Part shown: one piece after another, positions 27,107 through 35,670 of the stretch
Layout: each line of letters opens with the position of its first letter
Position numbering within the stretch: the first letter of the stretch is position 1
NCBI GenBank assembly: GCA_041641295.1
Contig: JBEPYO010000001.1
Coordinates: 1,248,001 to 1,312,000 of the forward strand
DNA: 64,000 bases
Direction: 5' to 3'
Source: Nitrososphaerota archaeon
GTDB taxonomy: Archaea; Thermoproteota; Nitrososphaeria_A; Caldarchaeales; Calditenuaceae
Notes under the pieces: generated by a model
Told to the model about the DNA's origin: nothing
The model's database searches: none
Seen by the model: only the letters and a program-made list of their open reading frames with translations
Made by a program: the position numbers and the translations under genes

Positions 27107-28350
27107 GCCTTCTGGACTTGTAGTAGCTGGCTGTAAACCTCTAAAGTCTTCTCAGCCGCCCGCTGCCACGTAAACTCTTCAAGCACCCTCCTCCTACCGT
27201 TACGCCCCATCCGCCTAGCGCGGTCAGGGTCTCTCAAAACCTCCTTCACCCCCCAAGCAATGTCGAGCGGGTTTGAGCCATCTACATGCATTCCACACTG
27301 ATTCTCTCCCGATGGTATAACCTGCTCCCTGAACCCCACGACACCCCTCGCACCAACTACAACTGGTCTCTCCATGGCCATGGCCTCGAGGCTCACTATA
27401 CCGAAAGGCTCGTATAACGAGGGGAAGACACAGACATCCGCGGCGGCATAGTGCAGAATCCTCTCACGCTCCGACACAAACTCGGTCCTTAGGATAACCC
27501 GGTCACTCAATCCGAGGTCTCTGACTAGATTCTGGAGCACACCCTCCAACTCACCCTTACCCAATATGACTAGCTTAGTCTTGGGAAACTCGCTCAAAAT
27601 ATGAGGCATAGCTTGGACAAGCTCTTCAACGCCTTTGATATGCACTAGGCGTCCAACAAAGAGTATCATATTCTCATCACTGCCTATCCCATACCGCGCC
27701 CTGAGGCTCTCCCTATCCTGCTGGCTTATGGCCGATGGATCGTATACGTCAGGGTCGACACCGTTCCAGACGACCCTTATCTTGTCAGCAGGCCAGCTGT
27801 GTACCTGCAGATCATCCTTCATCGCGTAGCTCACCGTAATTATTATCGAGGCATACTCGGCTCCGAGCCTCTCAATCTCGGAGACAGTCCTAGAGCCCCT
27901 ACCCATCGCCCTCCCCCACTCCGTAGAGTGGACGTGATAGACTGTGGGAACCTTGCCCAGCCCTGATATGGAGATGCCTGAGAGGGCGCAAAGCCAGTCG
28001 TTGAAGGCAACAATGTCAAACCTGCCATCCAATACCTTAGAAACAAGCCTCGAGGAAGTGGCGGCGTTAAAGGCAACAACATTGCTGAAGAACTTAAGGC
28101 CATCACCCCACCCCCTCACCTCATCATTCATTATATGCTTCAACCCCGCCGAGAGGTCGGGGAGTTCAACCCAGTTCACCTCGACCTTCTCCATCCCTAT
28201 TACTGGGGGGTGGGAGCCGGCGGGAAGAGGGGCATAAACCTCCACCTCATGCCCCAGCTTGGACATCCACATAGTCATGTATTGGGAGTATGTTCCGAGA
28301 CCCCCTACGATTACGGGGGGATACTCCCAAGTAATGAACGCAATCCTCAT
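27103..28350 (-). CDS. GT4-family glycosyltransferase
   Basis: MRIAFITWEYPP..VGGLG, NDW, HSTEWGR, FVGRL..IKG and YEPFGIVSLEAM; start trimmed to ATG 28350. Confidence 0.92.
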   Translation of the reverse strand: MRIAFITWEYPPVIVGGLGTYSQYMTMWMSKLGHEVEVYAPLPAGSHPPVIGMEKVEVNWVELPDLSAGLKHIMNDEVRGWGDGLKFFSNVVAFNAATSSRLVSKVLDGRFDIVAFNDWLCALSGISISGLGKVPTVYHVHSTEWGRAMGRGSRTVSEIERLGAEYASIIITVSYAMKDDLQVHSWPADKIRVVWNGVDPDVYDPSAISQQDRESLRARYGIGSDENMILFVGRLVHIKGVEELVQAMPHILSEFPKTKLVILGKGELEGVLQNLVRDLGLSDRVILRTEFVSERERILHYAAADVCVFPSLYEPFGIVSLEAMAMERPVVVGARGVVGFREQVIPSGENQCGMHVDGSNPLDIAWGVKEVLRDPDRARRMGRNGRRRVLEEFTWQRAAEKTLEVYSQLLQVQKA

Positions 28351-28412
28351 CCAAGCTGTTATTCCGTTTTTGCTGTTTAAATAAGATATCACCCTGGGAT
28401 GGGTGTGGAGTT

Positions 28413-28447
28413 GCAATAATACTGTGCATATGCTTAAGTATTATCGC
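28413..28447. promoter_or_regulatory. Inverted repeat (putative operator) in a divergent promoter
   Basis: GC-A-ATAATACT-gtGCATATGCtta-AGTATTAT-C-GC; overlaps a TATA-like CTTAAGTA just upstream of the wHTH gene. Confidence 0.55.
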
Positions 28448-28456
28448 GGCGAATAG

Positions 28457-28720
28457 ATGGCGGTTGGCATGACCACCGAGAGGGACGAGTCGACCCTCTT
28501 ATTGACGTTCATGCACAATATGGGCTATGTAGACAAGATGAAGGCGGTGGAGGTTAGAGAACTCTCCGAGGCTCTGGCACTGGATAGGCAGCTGGTAGAG
28601 GAGACTTTGAGGAAGCTTGAATCCGACGGCTACGTGGCTAGTACTAGGCAGCGAGGGGGCGAAGCAAGCTTCTACCTCACGGGAAAAGGAGTGATAAGGG
28701 TCTGCTCAATATACACGTAG
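28457..28720 (+). CDS. Small winged-helix DNA-binding protein
   Basis: VRELSEALALDRQLVEETLRKLESDGYV...FYLTGKG wHTH pattern. Confidence 0.8.
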   Translation: MAVGMTTERDESTLLLTFMHNMGYVDKMKAVEVRELSEALALDRQLVEETLRKLESDGYVASTRQRGGEASFYLTGKGVIRVCSIYT

Positions 28721-28729
28721 GGTCGCGGG

Positions 28730-29341
28730 TTGAGGGTCGTCTTTCTCTCATGGGAATATCCGCCCCGCATCGTTGGTGAACTGGCCTGGCAAGTCCAGTC
28801 TCAGATTGAGAGGCTTAGGAGAAAGGGGTTAAAAATCGACCTAGTGACGATCAGTGATGCGGGATATTATGTCGAGGAGCCCGCACCCAGTTTTAGGATA
28901 ACAAGGATAACCAGCCCAGTCTCTCACCACTCCACAATCATAACGTGGATGGTAAGCATAAACACCGAGGCTGCCAGAATAGTTGCCGACATCTATCACT
29001 CGGAATCGGATAGGATAATACTCCATACATACGACTGGCACTTCGCCCCAGCCTCCTCAGCCCTGAAAAAAGCCCTCAACATCCCATGGGTGGCCTCCCT
29101 CTACAGCCTCGAGCAGCACAGGTCCCTAAACCCCAACTCGCCGCTCAGCTCCTGCATTAGAACGATAGAATGGCACATGGTCCGCGAGTGCGACTTCCTA
29201 CTGGTCAGGGATGAGTGGATGCTAAGAGAGGTGAGGAACAACCTATCCATCGACAGGGAGGCCGTCGTAGTATCTAATCCCTCGGCCGCAGACTGGGAGG
29301 ACCAAGTCTTGCAGCTCTACGAGAAGCTGGTGAGCAGCTAA
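28730..29341 (+). CDS. Stand-alone GT4 N-terminal-domain protein (no nucleotide-sugar-binding domain)
   Basis: SWEYPPRIVGEL, HTYDW and SLYSLE; only 203 aa, with no GR/KG or EPFG motifs. Confidence 0.8.
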   Translation: MRVVFLSWEYPPRIVGELAWQVQSQIERLRRKGLKIDLVTISDAGYYVEEPAPSFRITRITSPVSHHSTIITWMVSINTEAARIVADIYHSESDRIILHTYDWHFAPASSALKKALNIPWVASLYSLEQHRSLNPNSPLSSCIRTIEWHMVRECDFLLVRDEWMLREVRNNLSIDREAVVVSNPSAADWEDQVLQLYEKLVSS

Positions 29342-30546
29342 TGAGCCTGAGCGTTCTGATGCTTAGCTGGGAGTTTCCGCCCAGAATAGTTGGAGGGCTG
29401 GCCGCCCACGTCCACGACCTCTCAGTAGAGCTAAGCAGGAAAGGAGTCGAAGTGCATGTCCTCACCCTAGACTTTCCGGGCGCGGCGGAGAGGGAGAGGG
29501 TGAATGGCGTAAATGTATATCGCGTAGACTCCTACAAGTATCCGGCGCCAGATTTCGCATCCTGGATCGCCATGATGAACGTAAACCTTCTGAACTACGC
29601 CTGCGGACTGCTGAGGAGCGTGTTGCAGAGGCCCTCCATAATTCATGCACACGACTGGCTCGTAGCATATGCTGGAATAGCTCTCAAACACATCTTTAGA
29701 GTCCCGCTCGTAGCGACCATCCACTCGACGGAATATGGCAGGCGGGGAGGGATACACGACGACTATCAGAGAATGATTGCCTCTACGGAGGCATGGCTCT
29801 CTAGGGAGGCTTGGAGGGTGATATGTTGCAGCAGATACATGGCAGAAGAGGTTAACAGGGTCTTGGGCACGCCGCTGGACAAGATAGACGTGATACCGAA
29901 CGGCGTCTATATCGAGAACTTCCAGCCTCGAGACAACCGCGCCGAGTTGCGGTCAAGGTATGCACTCCCCCACGAGAAGCTTGTCCTCTACGTTGGCAGG
30001 CTCGTCCACGAGAAGGGAGTCCACCTGCTGGTCGAGGCAATCCCACGCATCCTCCATAGCGTAGACGCAAAATTCGTCATAGTTGGCGAAGGATATCTCA
30101 AGGAATGGGTCAAGAGACGGGCGGGAGAGCTAGGCGTCTCCCAGAAAGTATATGTTACCGGCTTCTTGGACGTAGAGACCCTCAGAAGGCTCTACACGAT
30201 CGCGGACGTCTTGGTTATGCCTTCGCTCTACGAGCCTTTCGGCATAGTCGCCCTAGAAGCTGCTGCTTCACGTCTTCCAATAGTCTCCACGTGCGTGGGT
30301 GGGATAGGCGAGATAGTGAGCCACATGGAGAGCTGTGTATGCGTTTATCCCAACCCGGACTCCATAGCGTGGGGGGTAGTCCAAGTGCTCACCAATCCAG
30401 GACTGGCGGAGCACATCAGGAACAACGCATACGAGAGGGTGAAAAGCGCCTACACCTGGGGAAGAATAGCTGACCAAACGCTGGGAGTCTACCACAGAGT
30501 ATTGAACGAATACAAGTCGATAGAGGGCTGGAAGCCCCGGCTATAA
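29341..30546 (+). CDS. GT4-family glycosyltransferase
   Basis: SWEFPPRIVGGLAAHV, HAHDW, HSTEYGR, YVGRLVHEKG and YEPFGIVALEA motifs. Confidence 0.93.
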   Translation: MSLSVLMLSWEFPPRIVGGLAAHVHDLSVELSRKGVEVHVLTLDFPGAAERERVNGVNVYRVDSYKYPAPDFASWIAMMNVNLLNYACGLLRSVLQRPSIIHAHDWLVAYAGIALKHIFRVPLVATIHSTEYGRRGGIHDDYQRMIASTEAWLSREAWRVICCSRYMAEEVNRVLGTPLDKIDVIPNGVYIENFQPRDNRAELRSRYALPHEKLVLYVGRLVHEKGVHLLVEAIPRILHSVDAKFVIVGEGYLKEWVKRRAGELGVSQKVYVTGFLDVETLRRLYTIADVLVMPSLYEPFGIVALEAAASRLPIVSTCVGGIGEIVSHMESCVCVYPNPDSIAWGVVQVLTNPGLAEHIRNNAYERVKSAYTWGRIADQTLGVYHRVLNEYKSIEGWKPRL

Positions 30547-30611
30547 TTTCTAACACGCTAGGCATAACCTCCCGAGCCAAGTTTATATCCAATGGATGGA
30601 ATAGAACCCTT

Positions 30612-30980
30612 GTGGAGAAACGTAAACCAAGTCCAAGACAAGTATCGAGAGGGCGCGGAGCGAACATTTTTGAAACCGTCGAGAGGATAGATTTTGTAGA
30701 GGGATTCGGCGAAATTATACGCTCAGCCCGCGAGAGGCTCGGACTGACCCAAGAAGAGCTGGCTAACCTCGTCCACGAGAAGGTCTCCATAATAAAGAAG
30801 CTTGAGGCCGGCTCCTTCAGACCACCTATCGAGCTGGCGCGAAACATAGAGAAAGTCCTCAAGATACGGATCGTCAGGGAGCTAAGAGACGAGGACATAC
30901 ACATCACCCCGCCAAAGACACTACAGAGGGGCGTAACGCTGGGCGACCTTCTCTCCTCTAAGGACGAGAAGAAAGAGTAG
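30612..30980 (+). CDS. Multiprotein bridging factor 1 (aMBF1), HTH portion
   Basis: FVEGFGEIIRSARERLGLTQEELA...IKKLEAG...P and C-terminal TLGD; adjacent to hflX. Confidence 0.85.
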   Translation: MEKRKPSPRQVSRGRGANIFETVERIDFVEGFGEIIRSARERLGLTQEELANLVHEKVSIIKKLEAGSFRPPIELARNIEKVLKIRIVRELRDEDIHITPPKTLQRGVTLGDLLSSKDEKKE

Positions 30981-31119
30981 TCGGGCATACTCTGTTGGTT
31001 TTGCGTACCTTTTTGGGTGACAGGTTAAATACTCTGATAGTGCATTATATAGTAGGGCTAGGAAAGGGTGGTGTGGCTCGCAGGTAGGCGCTAGAAGGGT
31101 CGCGATAGTCCACAGATAC

Positions 31120-32352
31120 TTGGATGATGAGGAGCCCAACTTGGAGGAGCTTGCGGAGCTCTGTGAGACAGCTGGATACGAGGTGGTCTACGAGCTATCA
31201 CAGAGGCGGCACCCTCACAGCCAGTACAACATCGGGCCCAGCAAGGTGAAGGAGCTTGCAGAGGCGGTGAAAAGGCTGGGCATAGAGAAGGTCATATTCG
31301 AGAACGAGCTGAAGCCCATTCAGGAGTACAATCTGGCCAAGGCGCTGGGCGTCGAGGTAATCGACAGAATAAGGCTAATCTTGGAGATCTTCACACTCCA
31401 CGCCTCGAGCCTTGAGGCTAAACTCCAGATAAAGCTGGCGGAGCTCAAGTACGAGCTTCCAAGGGCCAAGGAGAAGGTCAGGCTAGCGAAGAGGGGCGAG
31501 CAACCAGGATTCCACGGGCTGGGCGCCTACGAGGCCGACGTATACTACGAGGAGATCAGTAGGAGGATACAGAAGCTACAGGAGAGGCTCGAGGAGATAA
31601 AGATGAAGAAGGCCATCTCCATCAGACGCAGTAGACTTGACGGCACACCCTCAATAGCGCTCGCCGGCTACACCAACTCCGGCAAATCAACACTCTTCAA
31701 GAGGCTCACAGGCTATCCCACCGCGATATCGAATAAACTCTTCACAACCCTCTCAACTAAGAAACGGGTCGCGAGGATCATGGGGAAGCCGGTGTATGTC
31801 TCGGACACTGTAGGTTTTATAAAGAATGTCCCAGCCATGCTCGTCTCAGCCTTCATGTCGACTTTGATGGAGGTTGTCGAGTCTGACCTCGTCTTACTCC
31901 TAGTTGATGGCTCCCTCCCTCTACCGGAGGTAAAGCTCCGCCTCAACGTCGCCCTCTCCACACTGAGGCAGATAGGCGTAGTCAACAAGCCGATCATTAT
32001 AGTGTTTAACAAGGCCGACCTCATACCACCCGAGAAGCGGGACAAACTAGTCGAGATGGTTGACGGCGCCTATCCCGCAGTGGTCATATCTGCTAAGACG
32101 GGCGAAAATATAGACCTCCTTGAAAAAACCATAGACTCCATGCTCTCAGGCTTTGTCACGTTCATTGCAAGGATACCACTAATGGAGGCTAGTCCACAGC
32201 TCATAACTTGGCTCCGAGAGAAGGGCCGAGTAGAGCTAATGGAATACCGCGATGGATTCCTAGAGATCAAAGCAACAACTCCCGCCCAGCTCGCCGAGAG
32301 AGTGCGGGCCCTCACCTACAACGGCGGGAGCTTCGTTCTGGGCGAGACTTAA
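31120..32352 (+). CDS. hflX: GTPase HflX
   Basis: LILEIF..HA...EAKLQ, GYTNSGKST, LFTTL, SDTVGFI, NKAD and SAK motifs; the true start is probably further upstream. Confidence 0.95.
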   Translation: MDDEEPNLEELAELCETAGYEVVYELSQRRHPHSQYNIGPSKVKELAEAVKRLGIEKVIFENELKPIQEYNLAKALGVEVIDRIRLILEIFTLHASSLEAKLQIKLAELKYELPRAKEKVRLAKRGEQPGFHGLGAYEADVYYEEISRRIQKLQERLEEIKMKKAISIRRSRLDGTPSIALAGYTNSGKSTLFKRLTGYPTAISNKLFTTLSTKKRVARIMGKPVYVSDTVGFIKNVPAMLVSAFMSTLMEVVESDLVLLLVDGSLPLPEVKLRLNVALSTLRQIGVVNKPIIIVFNKADLIPPEKRDKLVEMVDGAYPAVVISAKTGENIDLLEKTIDSMLSGFVTFIARIPLMEASPQLITWLREKGRVELMEYRDGFLEIKATTPAQLAERVRALTYNGGSFVLGET

Positions 32353-32433
32353 TATACGTGGATATTGTATCTTGGTCTGATGCTAAGGCGGGACGATTTA
32401 GGCGTCAGGGGACTTCAGGGCCCCAGCGTGATA

Positions 32434-32538
32434 ATGCCATCAGACATAGAGAGGCTTGTCCGAGAGGTAATGCTCCTCAAGGAGGAGGTAAGGAAGATAA
32501 GAAAGGCCTTGGAGGAGCACGGCATCAAAGTAGAGTAG
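32434..32538 (+). CDS. Putative 34-aa coiled-coil microprotein (absent from the ORF track)
   Basis: MPSDIERLVREVMLLKEEVRKIRKALEEHGIKVE; alternative in-frame ATG at 32380; fills an otherwise empty gap. Confidence 0.55.
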   Translation: MPSDIERLVREVMLLKEEVRKIRKALEEHGIKVE

Positions 32539-33091
32539 GTAGGTCGCTGTAAACGGCCATTATCAGGGGGACCAGCCTCCTCGTCAACTTGTCTAAAGCG
32601 GCGACCTCAGCCCTGCACTTTACAGAAGTATACCTCAATTCCTGCTTGGCATTTAGAGCTCGGTGTCTGGTGCTTGGCTCGAGGGCTCTGGCCGGCTTTA
32701 GGACAGGGTCTACTGGGACTCTAAAAAATCTGCACACATCGTAGAGGCTGCTGGCACTTAGGCCCAATCGGCTCGACACTAAGCTGTGGAGGTCTATGTG
32801 TCTCGCAGTAAATAATGGTGAGGGATCCAATCCATAGAAAAGCATCTTAGCGGTTAGGAATGGGACGAGCCTAGACTCGCCTTCCCAGCTGATGTATATG
32901 TGGCTGGCCCTCAACACACGCTCCAGAGAAGCTATTGCCGCCCTCTCACCACCTATATTCCTGAGAATTCTGATCTTCTCTTTCGCGTCACTGAGCTCCT
33001 TGTACCCTATGCACAGCAGCATTCCTTTGTCTGGGTGTGGATCGGTAGTCTCTATGGCCAGTATGTGGGTAGTAGGTCTCAGCTTCATCAT
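32525..33091 (-). CDS. YprB/RNase_H_2-like DEDD exonuclease-fold protein, degenerate active site
   Basis: LAIETT...LLCIG, ISWEGESRLVPFL, HIDL, SLYDVCRFF and CRAEVAAL follow the ExoI/II/III layout with acidic residues replaced. Confidence 0.7.
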   Translation of the reverse strand: MMKLRPTTHILAIETTDPHPDKGMLLCIGYKELSDAKEKIRILRNIGGERAAIASLERVLRASHIYISWEGESRLVPFLTAKMLFYGLDPSPLFTARHIDLHSLVSSRLGLSASSLYDVCRFFRVPVDPVLKPARALEPSTRHRALNAKQELRYTSVKCRAEVAALDKLTRRLVPLIMAVYSDLPTLL

Positions 33092-33106
33092 CCAAAACCT
33101 GTAGGC

Positions 33107-34036
33107 CTATCTCTGGATATAACCCGTCCCACCCACTCTAACAAATGTACCGGGTGGAGCCATGCCCCTGAACTCCTCCGGGTGCAGAATCTCTGCAAGT
33201 ATCGATACCCCCTTAATAGTGCTTGGCGAGTGTCTGCTGAAGTATATCGAGGAGTTGACCGCATAGATCTCACCACTCATGAATGCAGGAGTCTCCCTAA
33301 CCCAGTCCTCACCCATCAATAGCTCGGCGTCGCGGTAAGACTCTTGAAGATCGTACCCGCAGGGTCCACAGATTATGACCTCCGGCTCAAACCTCAAAAT
33401 CTCCTCAGGTCTAACCCGCCTACTGGGCTTCGCCTTAACACCAAAATCAATCCCTCCAGCAATCTCAACCATCTCCGGAACCCAATGCCCCGAACAGTAG
33501 GGTGGGTCTACCCACTCCATAAAGAAAGTCCTCCTCCTCTCAAGTCCTTGTGCCTTCTCAGCAATCCGCCCTATTTCCTCGCGGAGCTGTGAAACCAGCT
33601 CTCCCGCCTCTTCAGCCCTACCCACAGACTCACCAACCCTCAAAATGTCTCTGAACACATCCTCAATCGAGTGAGGATGAAGTGTTAAGATCTTGGGGCT
33701 TGGCCGTAGCGACCTAATCACACCCTCAATGCTTCCGGGAGTGACTGCGCACACCTCACAGAGCCCCTGAGCTACCACCAAGTCAGGCCTAAGCTCCGAT
33801 AATAGTCGACTGTCAACGACGTAAGGCGTCTCACCCTTAGCGTAGAGCTCGGAAATAATCCTGTCAACCTCCCTCGATGACTTGCCACGCGTATCAACCT
33901 TCGGAGAAACAACTACGGGCCTGGTCTGGGCCTCAGGCGGATAGTCGCAGGCATAGGTAACCCCAACAACATCATCGCCCGCACCCAAGGCAAACAATAT
34001 CTCGGTGGCACTGGGAACTAGCGAGACGATCCTCAC
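33107..34036 (-). CDS. BtuF/TroA-like cobalamin/iron-binding protein without signal peptide
   Basis: MRIVSLVPSATE, GVTYACDYP, QGLCEVCAV, EWVDPPYCSGHWVPEMV and YFSR motifs. Confidence 0.85.
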   Translation of the reverse strand: MRIVSLVPSATEILFALGAGDDVVGVTYACDYPPEAQTRPVVVSPKVDTRGKSSREVDRIISELYAKGETPYVVDSRLLSELRPDLVVAQGLCEVCAVTPGSIEGVIRSLRPSPKILTLHPHSIEDVFRDILRVGESVGRAEEAGELVSQLREEIGRIAEKAQGLERRRTFFMEWVDPPYCSGHWVPEMVEIAGGIDFGVKAKPSRRVRPEEILRFEPEVIICGPCGYDLQESYRDAELLMGEDWVRETPAFMSGEIYAVNSSIYFSRHSPSTIKGVSILAEILHPEEFRGMAPPGTFVRVGGTGYIQR

Positions 34037-34165
34037 GGGTTATTAGTCGCTGAAACCCATACTTATTCATTAATTATCCCTCAATAACGCGAGTATATTT
34101 CGACGCCGCACGTGTGTAGGTGGAGGAATCGCATTTAAATAAAACAATTTAGCTAAATGTGAATT

Positions 34166-34597
34166 GTGGTTCTAGACGACTCTGAGCTCGAGCGTATTAA
34201 GGCGCGTAAGATGAAGGAGCTGCTTTCTCGGGGTGAGGGCAGTCCACAGGAAGTCTCGAGTGTCGGGGAGTATCCTAACCAGCCCGTTGAACTGAGTGAC
34301 GCGGAGTTTGACCGGTTTGTGAGCAAGTATCCGCTCGTAGTGGTTGATTTTTGGGCCGAGTGGTGTGCGCCCTGCAGGTTCATGGCTCCGGTGGTTAAGG
34401 AGCTGGCGTCTGAGCTGGCGGGGAGGGTGGTTTTCGGAAAACTGAACGTGGACTATAATCCCGTTACTGCGACTAGGTTTGGGATCATGAGTATACCTAC
34501 CTTTATCGTTTTTAAGGACGGGAAGCCGGTTGACGCTATAGTCGGCGCCATGCCGAAGCAGAGGTTCAAGAACATGATCATGCAGTATGTGTCCTAG
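34166..34597 (+). CDS. trxA: Thioredoxin
   Basis: DFWAEWCAPC and SIPT; archaeal N-terminal extension ELERIKARKMKEL. Confidence 0.95.
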   Translation: MVLDDSELERIKARKMKELLSRGEGSPQEVSSVGEYPNQPVELSDAEFDRFVSKYPLVVVDFWAEWCAPCRFMAPVVKELASELAGRVVFGKLNVDYNPVTATRFGIMSIPTFIVFKDGKPVDAIVGAMPKQRFKNMIMQYVS

Positions 34598-34658
34598 CTC
34601 CGGGCTCCGGCACTAGCTTTATTACAGGACTGGGGATTGTACAGCTGGGCCGCGGGTA

Positions 34659-35585
34659 ATGGGTGTTCTGTCTTACAGCGTAGAGATCGTCGAGCATCTT
34701 GACGCGCGGAGGAGAGAGCTTGAGTCTTGGATTGAGAGGCGGCTAAGCCAGAGACCTGATAGGCAGATTTTTGAGAGGGCCGTTTACGGTGGGAAGAGGC
34801 TGCGGCCTGTCTTCCTCTTACTGGTTTTTGAAGCTCTGGCTGGGAAGGACCGGGAGTCCGCCCTCGATGTGGCGTTTGCCCTAGAGCTGGCGCATGCAGC
34901 AAGCCTAGTTCACGACGACATTATTGACTGGGACGATCTTAGGCGGGGGCGGCCCGCGCTATGGAGGCAGGTGGGGATCAGCAGGGCCGTAGTGGAGGGG
35001 CACAGAATTATCAACCTCGCATTCAGGACGGTTCTCGAGAAGGGGATAGAGATAGCTCGGATCTTTCTCGAGGCGTGGGATAGGGCCTCGCTCGGAGTGC
35101 TGGAGGAGATCCTCTCGACGACCCCGCCCTCTAAGCTGCTCTACCTCCGGATCATCGAGAACAAGACCGCTTCTCTCTTCGCGGCCGCCGCCGAGTCCGC
35201 AGCCATACTTGCGGGGGCTCCCGAACATGTCCGCATGCTCGCTAAGAACTATGGGAGGTGCGTCGGTATTGTCTACCAGCTAGGCGATGATTACGGTGAG
35301 ATGCTCGCGGGTAGAGGTGTTGTGAGGCTGGTGCGAAACCTAGGGAGGATTGAGGAGCTGATAAGGCAGGGATACTTTGCGTTAAAGAGTGGGCGTCTCC
35401 GCGAGCTGATAAATGTGTGGAGGGCTCTTCGTGGATTCCAGGGATATGTGCTGGAGATCTTGGAGGAGACGCTGAGGGAGATAGATAGTCTTGTGGCTGT
35501 GATGCCTGTGGAGGCTCATTACAAGAAGATTTTGAGAGAGTTTCCCAGATACTGTTTTCTCCAGATGGTCAGGGCGAACAGGTAG
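34659..35585 (+). CDS. trans-Polyprenyl diphosphate synthase family protein
   Basis: GGKRLRP, FARM HDDIIDWDDLRRG, KTASLF and a SARM-like YQLGDDYGE. Confidence 0.88.
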   Translation: MGVLSYSVEIVEHLDARRRELESWIERRLSQRPDRQIFERAVYGGKRLRPVFLLLVFEALAGKDRESALDVAFALELAHAASLVHDDIIDWDDLRRGRPALWRQVGISRAVVEGHRIINLAFRTVLEKGIEIARIFLEAWDRASLGVLEEILSTTPPSKLLYLRIIENKTASLFAAAAESAAILAGAPEHVRMLAKNYGRCVGIVYQLGDDYGEMLAGRGVVRLVRNLGRIEELIRQGYFALKSGRLRELINVWRALRGFQGYVLEILEETLREIDSLVAVMPVEAHYKKILREFPRYCFLQMVRANR

Positions 35586-35670
35586 GGGGTTCTCAGGCGG
35601 GATCTCAGCCCGGCCGTGTAGCAGGGAGCGGCTTATATGCTGGATCGCAGTTGCTAGAAGTGGATGAGGG

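Noticed and set aside
32208-32552. 114-aa Arg/Gly-rich ORF overlapping hflX
   Set aside because: It overlaps hflX out of frame; the 34-aa coiled-coil ORF explains the gap better.
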